A stretch of DNA of 64,000 nt, from assembly GCA_943704425.1 (NCBI GenBank), contig CALSCP010002759.1, positions 1-64,000 on the forward strand, given 5' to 3'. Numbering within the stretch: position 1 is the first letter of the stretch; each line of letters opens with the position of its first letter. The position numbers and the translations under genes are program-made. The DNA comes from Ministeria vibrans ATCC 50519 (Eukaryota > Protista > Filasterea). Positions 52,256 to 64,000 of the stretch are shown here, in pieces. A model generated the notes under the pieces. That model saw only the letters and a list, made by a program, of their open reading frames with translations. It had not been told where the DNA came from and did not search any database.

Positions 52256-53757
52256 TCATTCATTGACTGTATTATTGACACTCGTCTGCTTCTTCTTGAG
52301 ACGCTCTTCCTCGGACAAAGGCATCCAGTAAAGCTTTGGCTTGGTCGTCGTCCATCGAAAGAGCGAATCCAAGTTGACCCGCTTCGTCTCCGGCACTGGC
52401 TCCTCCGACTTCGCCGTCGCCTGCTCCTTCTCCTTCTTCGCCACCTCCTCTACCCGACGCGCACTAACTGCTGCCTTGCCTTTCTCGCCCCCACAAGGCT
52501 CCTTGCCACTCACTGCTCTCGCATATGCCTCTGCACTGCACTTCGTCGCCTCCAGAACCTTCCCCCCTGCCACATCGGGCCACTTCAACCCGCTCAGTCC
52601 CTCCACCGCTCTCTCTGCGCCTTCGCCACTCACATACTACAAACAATCCAGTTAACCCTCTCTCATCTCATCTCATCTCATCTCATCTCATTCATCTCAT
52701 TCATCTCGTACCGACACGTAACAGTGACTTTTGATCGCGTTCATCCAAAATGTCTCACTCTCAATTTTTCCGTATTTTTCAAGCAATACTTAAAAAAAAA
52801 ATACGTAAGGCCTTTGTTTCGCCTTTTTCTTATTCTTACGCTTCACTTGATTGGTGGTGAACGGTCGTACAAAGTTTGAAATATGCACAAAATGCTCTAA
52901 TAATAAAGAATAGTAAACTAACTAAACAAAACAAAAATGACCATTTTCTTACTTGTCGATTCAGAATCCGGCTCGGTTTTGGTCCTTTTCACATCTCTCT
53001 CTTCCTTTTCGTTCGTCGGTTCGTCTGATCGCTCGCGTTTCTATCACGCCAAAAAAAAAAAAAAAAAAAAAAAAAGTTCAACACACACACAAAACCCAAC
53101 AACTCTTCTGCGTTTCGAACTTTGTTCGCAACTTCCGCCTCTGTTGATGTTGTTGTGGTTGTTGCTGTTGCTGGTTCAGTCGCGCTGACTGGCTCTGGTT
53201 CGGGTGTTTTGTTCTACATCACACATAAACACAATCAGACACACAGCAGGAGTGGGTCTCATTCTAATCACCTGCACTGGCTCTGGCTCTGCTGGCTCTT
53301 CAGACTGAGCTGGTGCTGCCGCTTCACTCATCTCCACATCGGCTGAGGGCTCGCTCGCTTCCGCCACCTTCTGCGCCAGAGAGGAGTGTGTTTCAGCACA
53401 AGATTGGCCCAACACAACAAACGTCTGCTCACCTCCGTCTCTTCGTCTGCTTTTCCGCTCTTGGTCGCCTCCGCCTCTTCAAAATGCTCACACAAACGGC
53501 TCACAAGCACCGCCTTTGTGCCAGACGTCAGCAGGCCAAGCGACGAGAGCTTTTTTCTCAAGTCGGCGACCTAACAAGGGGAAATGCATCGCAGACGCAA
53601 CGGCACGACGGTGAGCGGCAAAAGAATCGAAAAGACACCCGACAGAGCCCCATCTGCCTCTCGCGCCTCTTCAAAAGTCGCGTAGCAACAATGGCTGCAT
53701 GGCCTCTCTCAAAGATCTCACCTTGAGACTTCCCCAGTTGGTCGTTTTGTCAGACAT
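52256..53757 (-). CDS. ACIN1: Acinus-like SAP + RRM + RSB-motif protein
   Basis: SAP: LK|VADLRKKLSSLGLLTSGTKAVLVSRL; RRM: FVRPFT..FWMNAIKSHCYV; RSB: LDSLFRWTTTKPKLYWMPL. Confidence 0.85.
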
Positions 53758-54051
53758 TGTTTTGGCCCGAGAGAAAAAGAAAAAAGTCTGCAAAATACAA
53801 GTCACACACGCGAAAACACTCAGTCAGTCAGTCTCAAATGTCCCTGTTGTATAGTTTGCAGTACCGCAAAGAAGGAAGTGAAAGCCAACAAATAAACTGT
53901 GACATGAATATTTTCATTCAGATTTCTTAAAAACAAACAAAAATCAACCCAAAAAGTAAAAACTCAAAAAAAAAACCACCCGTATCATCTAAGACTCGTC
54001 GCTCGTCGTTAGCATGTACAAGCAAGCAAAAAAAAAAAGTATACACAAAAG

Positions 54052-54137
54052 GACCAACGGCGGGACTCGAACCCGCAATCCTCGCTTGGCGATCATTCCG
54101 TAGGAGAGCGATGCCTTATCCATTAGGCCACGTTGGC
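54052..54137 (-). tRNA. tRNA-Arg (anticodon CCT) with a 13-nt intron
   Basis: GCCAACG/CGTTGGT acceptor stem, TGGCCTAATGGATAAGGC D arm, TCGCT-CT-CCT-A[CGGAATGATCGCC]A-AGCGA anticodon arm, GCGGG-TTCGAGT-CCCGC T arm. Confidence 0.93.
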
Positions 54138-54533
54138 AAGGCCGGATTTTTGCTTAATTCGATATTAAACTCTATTTTGGTTTTATTACTCAAATTATCC
54201 AACGTTATTCATGCTGCAGGCATCAAGTGTTATTCAAATCACTTGCTTAATGGGCTTTCGCCTTTTTAAACGATGTGGAGAGGACTAGAAAAAAAAATTT
54301 AATTACCGTCGGTTGGACTTTTTCTTATACGCTTCTCGTATTGTTTCACAGACGTCACCCATGGATGAACAAAGTAATGGTGCATTACGTAACGCTGCAA
54401 CACGGGTCAAAAAAAACGACGCAAATGCCTTGAATTTTGAAAATGATCAAAAATCAGACAAATAAATCACTCACATTGCTTCAAGAGCTTCCCTCCCTCA
54501 AATTCTGACCCATTCTCTACTACATCGTCCACC

Positions 54534-63171
<8,638 letters not shown>

Positions 63172-63358
63172 GCCGCTATTCCTACTATCATTATTTTGTT
63201 CTTCCGAGTGACAGACAGAGAGAGTGAGTGTCTTTCCTTCTTTTTACAATACAAACACCGTTTCCCGATAATAATATTCTCATATCTCTTGGAGCATTTC
63301 TTTTTTATTATAATTATATACATCGTTCAAGTTGAAAGAAGAGAAAAGAGAGTGACCT

Positions 63359-63940
63359 CTAAACCACCATATCAAAAAGCCATTGGTGCTGAAGAATAAA
63401 CAACTCCACGAGTGCGCCCTAAATGCAAAAAAAAATAGGGTAAGCTCAACGTCACTCGAACTCAGACACATGCATACTCGGGCACTCGGCACCCAGACAC
63501 TTGAGTCTCCTCTTCACTCAACTCTCCATACACTCGCTCACTCAAACACACATCACAAGCTTTACACATGTCACACCCAATCACTCAGTCACCCACTGAC
63601 ACGCGACGTGTTGTGTACCTGAAAGTTCATGTTAACCATCATTTCAGGTGTTTCGTTTTCGGCTCTCATGAGCGTCGGACCAAACACAATCGCAAGATTG
63701 CTCGCAGCCATTTTGTTTTCTTCACACATCTCGCTCACACTAAACAGTGAGCGTCAGTCAGTCCCACTCATTCCTCCTTTTTCGTCCTCTCATGCTCCAG
63801 ATCTATCGCTCTAGTTTATCTGAGACTCTTACCGGTACAAGTGGAGTGCGAGGTGTTGGAGCACACGCACGTTGACCATTGGCATTCGTGAAATGGTTGC
63901 TTTAATAGCAATGAGTCGGTCGTCGTATTTGGGAAGTTCT
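63359..63940 (-). CDS. 3' end of a RhoGAP-domain protein (partial)
   Basis: MPMVNVRVLQHLALHLYR / VSEMCEENKMAASNLAIVFGPTLMR / GALVELFILQHQWLF..*. Confidence 0.88.
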
Positions 63941-64000
63941 ACAGAGCGGCACTGTCAATACACACACACACACACACAAACAGAAGTTTTATCGTACTGA

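Overview
Gene-dense, intron-rich eukaryotic genomic DNA (standard code, GT-AG introns, introns full of AG/CT and CA microsatellites, four short N gaps). The gene content suggests a unicellular opisthokont, probably a holozoan; this is inference only. About 23 protein genes were reconstructed by splicing the ORF fragments by eye. In order: 5' end of a type II membrane protein, ERGIC1 (its third intron holds a same-strand C2-C2-C1-RasGAP fragment, probably misassembly), GLT1D1, GH29 fucosidase, a protein kinase-PARP fusion, Patched-like, SAM methyltransferase, MFS-like transporter, a small orphan gene, a Par-6-like PB1-PDZ protein, ORC1, BTF3, two secreted proteins sharing a cubilin-like N-terminus + EGF + beta-propeller layout, an F-box protein, a RING-KH-like protein, an MLKL-like four-helix-bundle kinase, cystathionine gamma-lyase with a SPIRAL1/Jupiter-like tail, ACIN1, tRNA-Arg(CCU), a CHD7-like remodeller with FYR domains, and a RhoGAP 3' end. 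Mobile DNA: a complete two-gene PIF/Harbinger-superfamily (Pangu-like) transposon with 15-bp TIRs and an AGT target duplication, nested in a direct-repeat-bounded block, plus a 249-bp MITE with an AAT duplication. Best leads: the MLKL-like kinase with intact catalytic motifs, the kinase-PARP fusion, the Par-6-like protein, the cubilin-like modular secreted family and the enzyme carrying a microtubule-binding-like tail. All homology calls come from motif recognition, not database searches.
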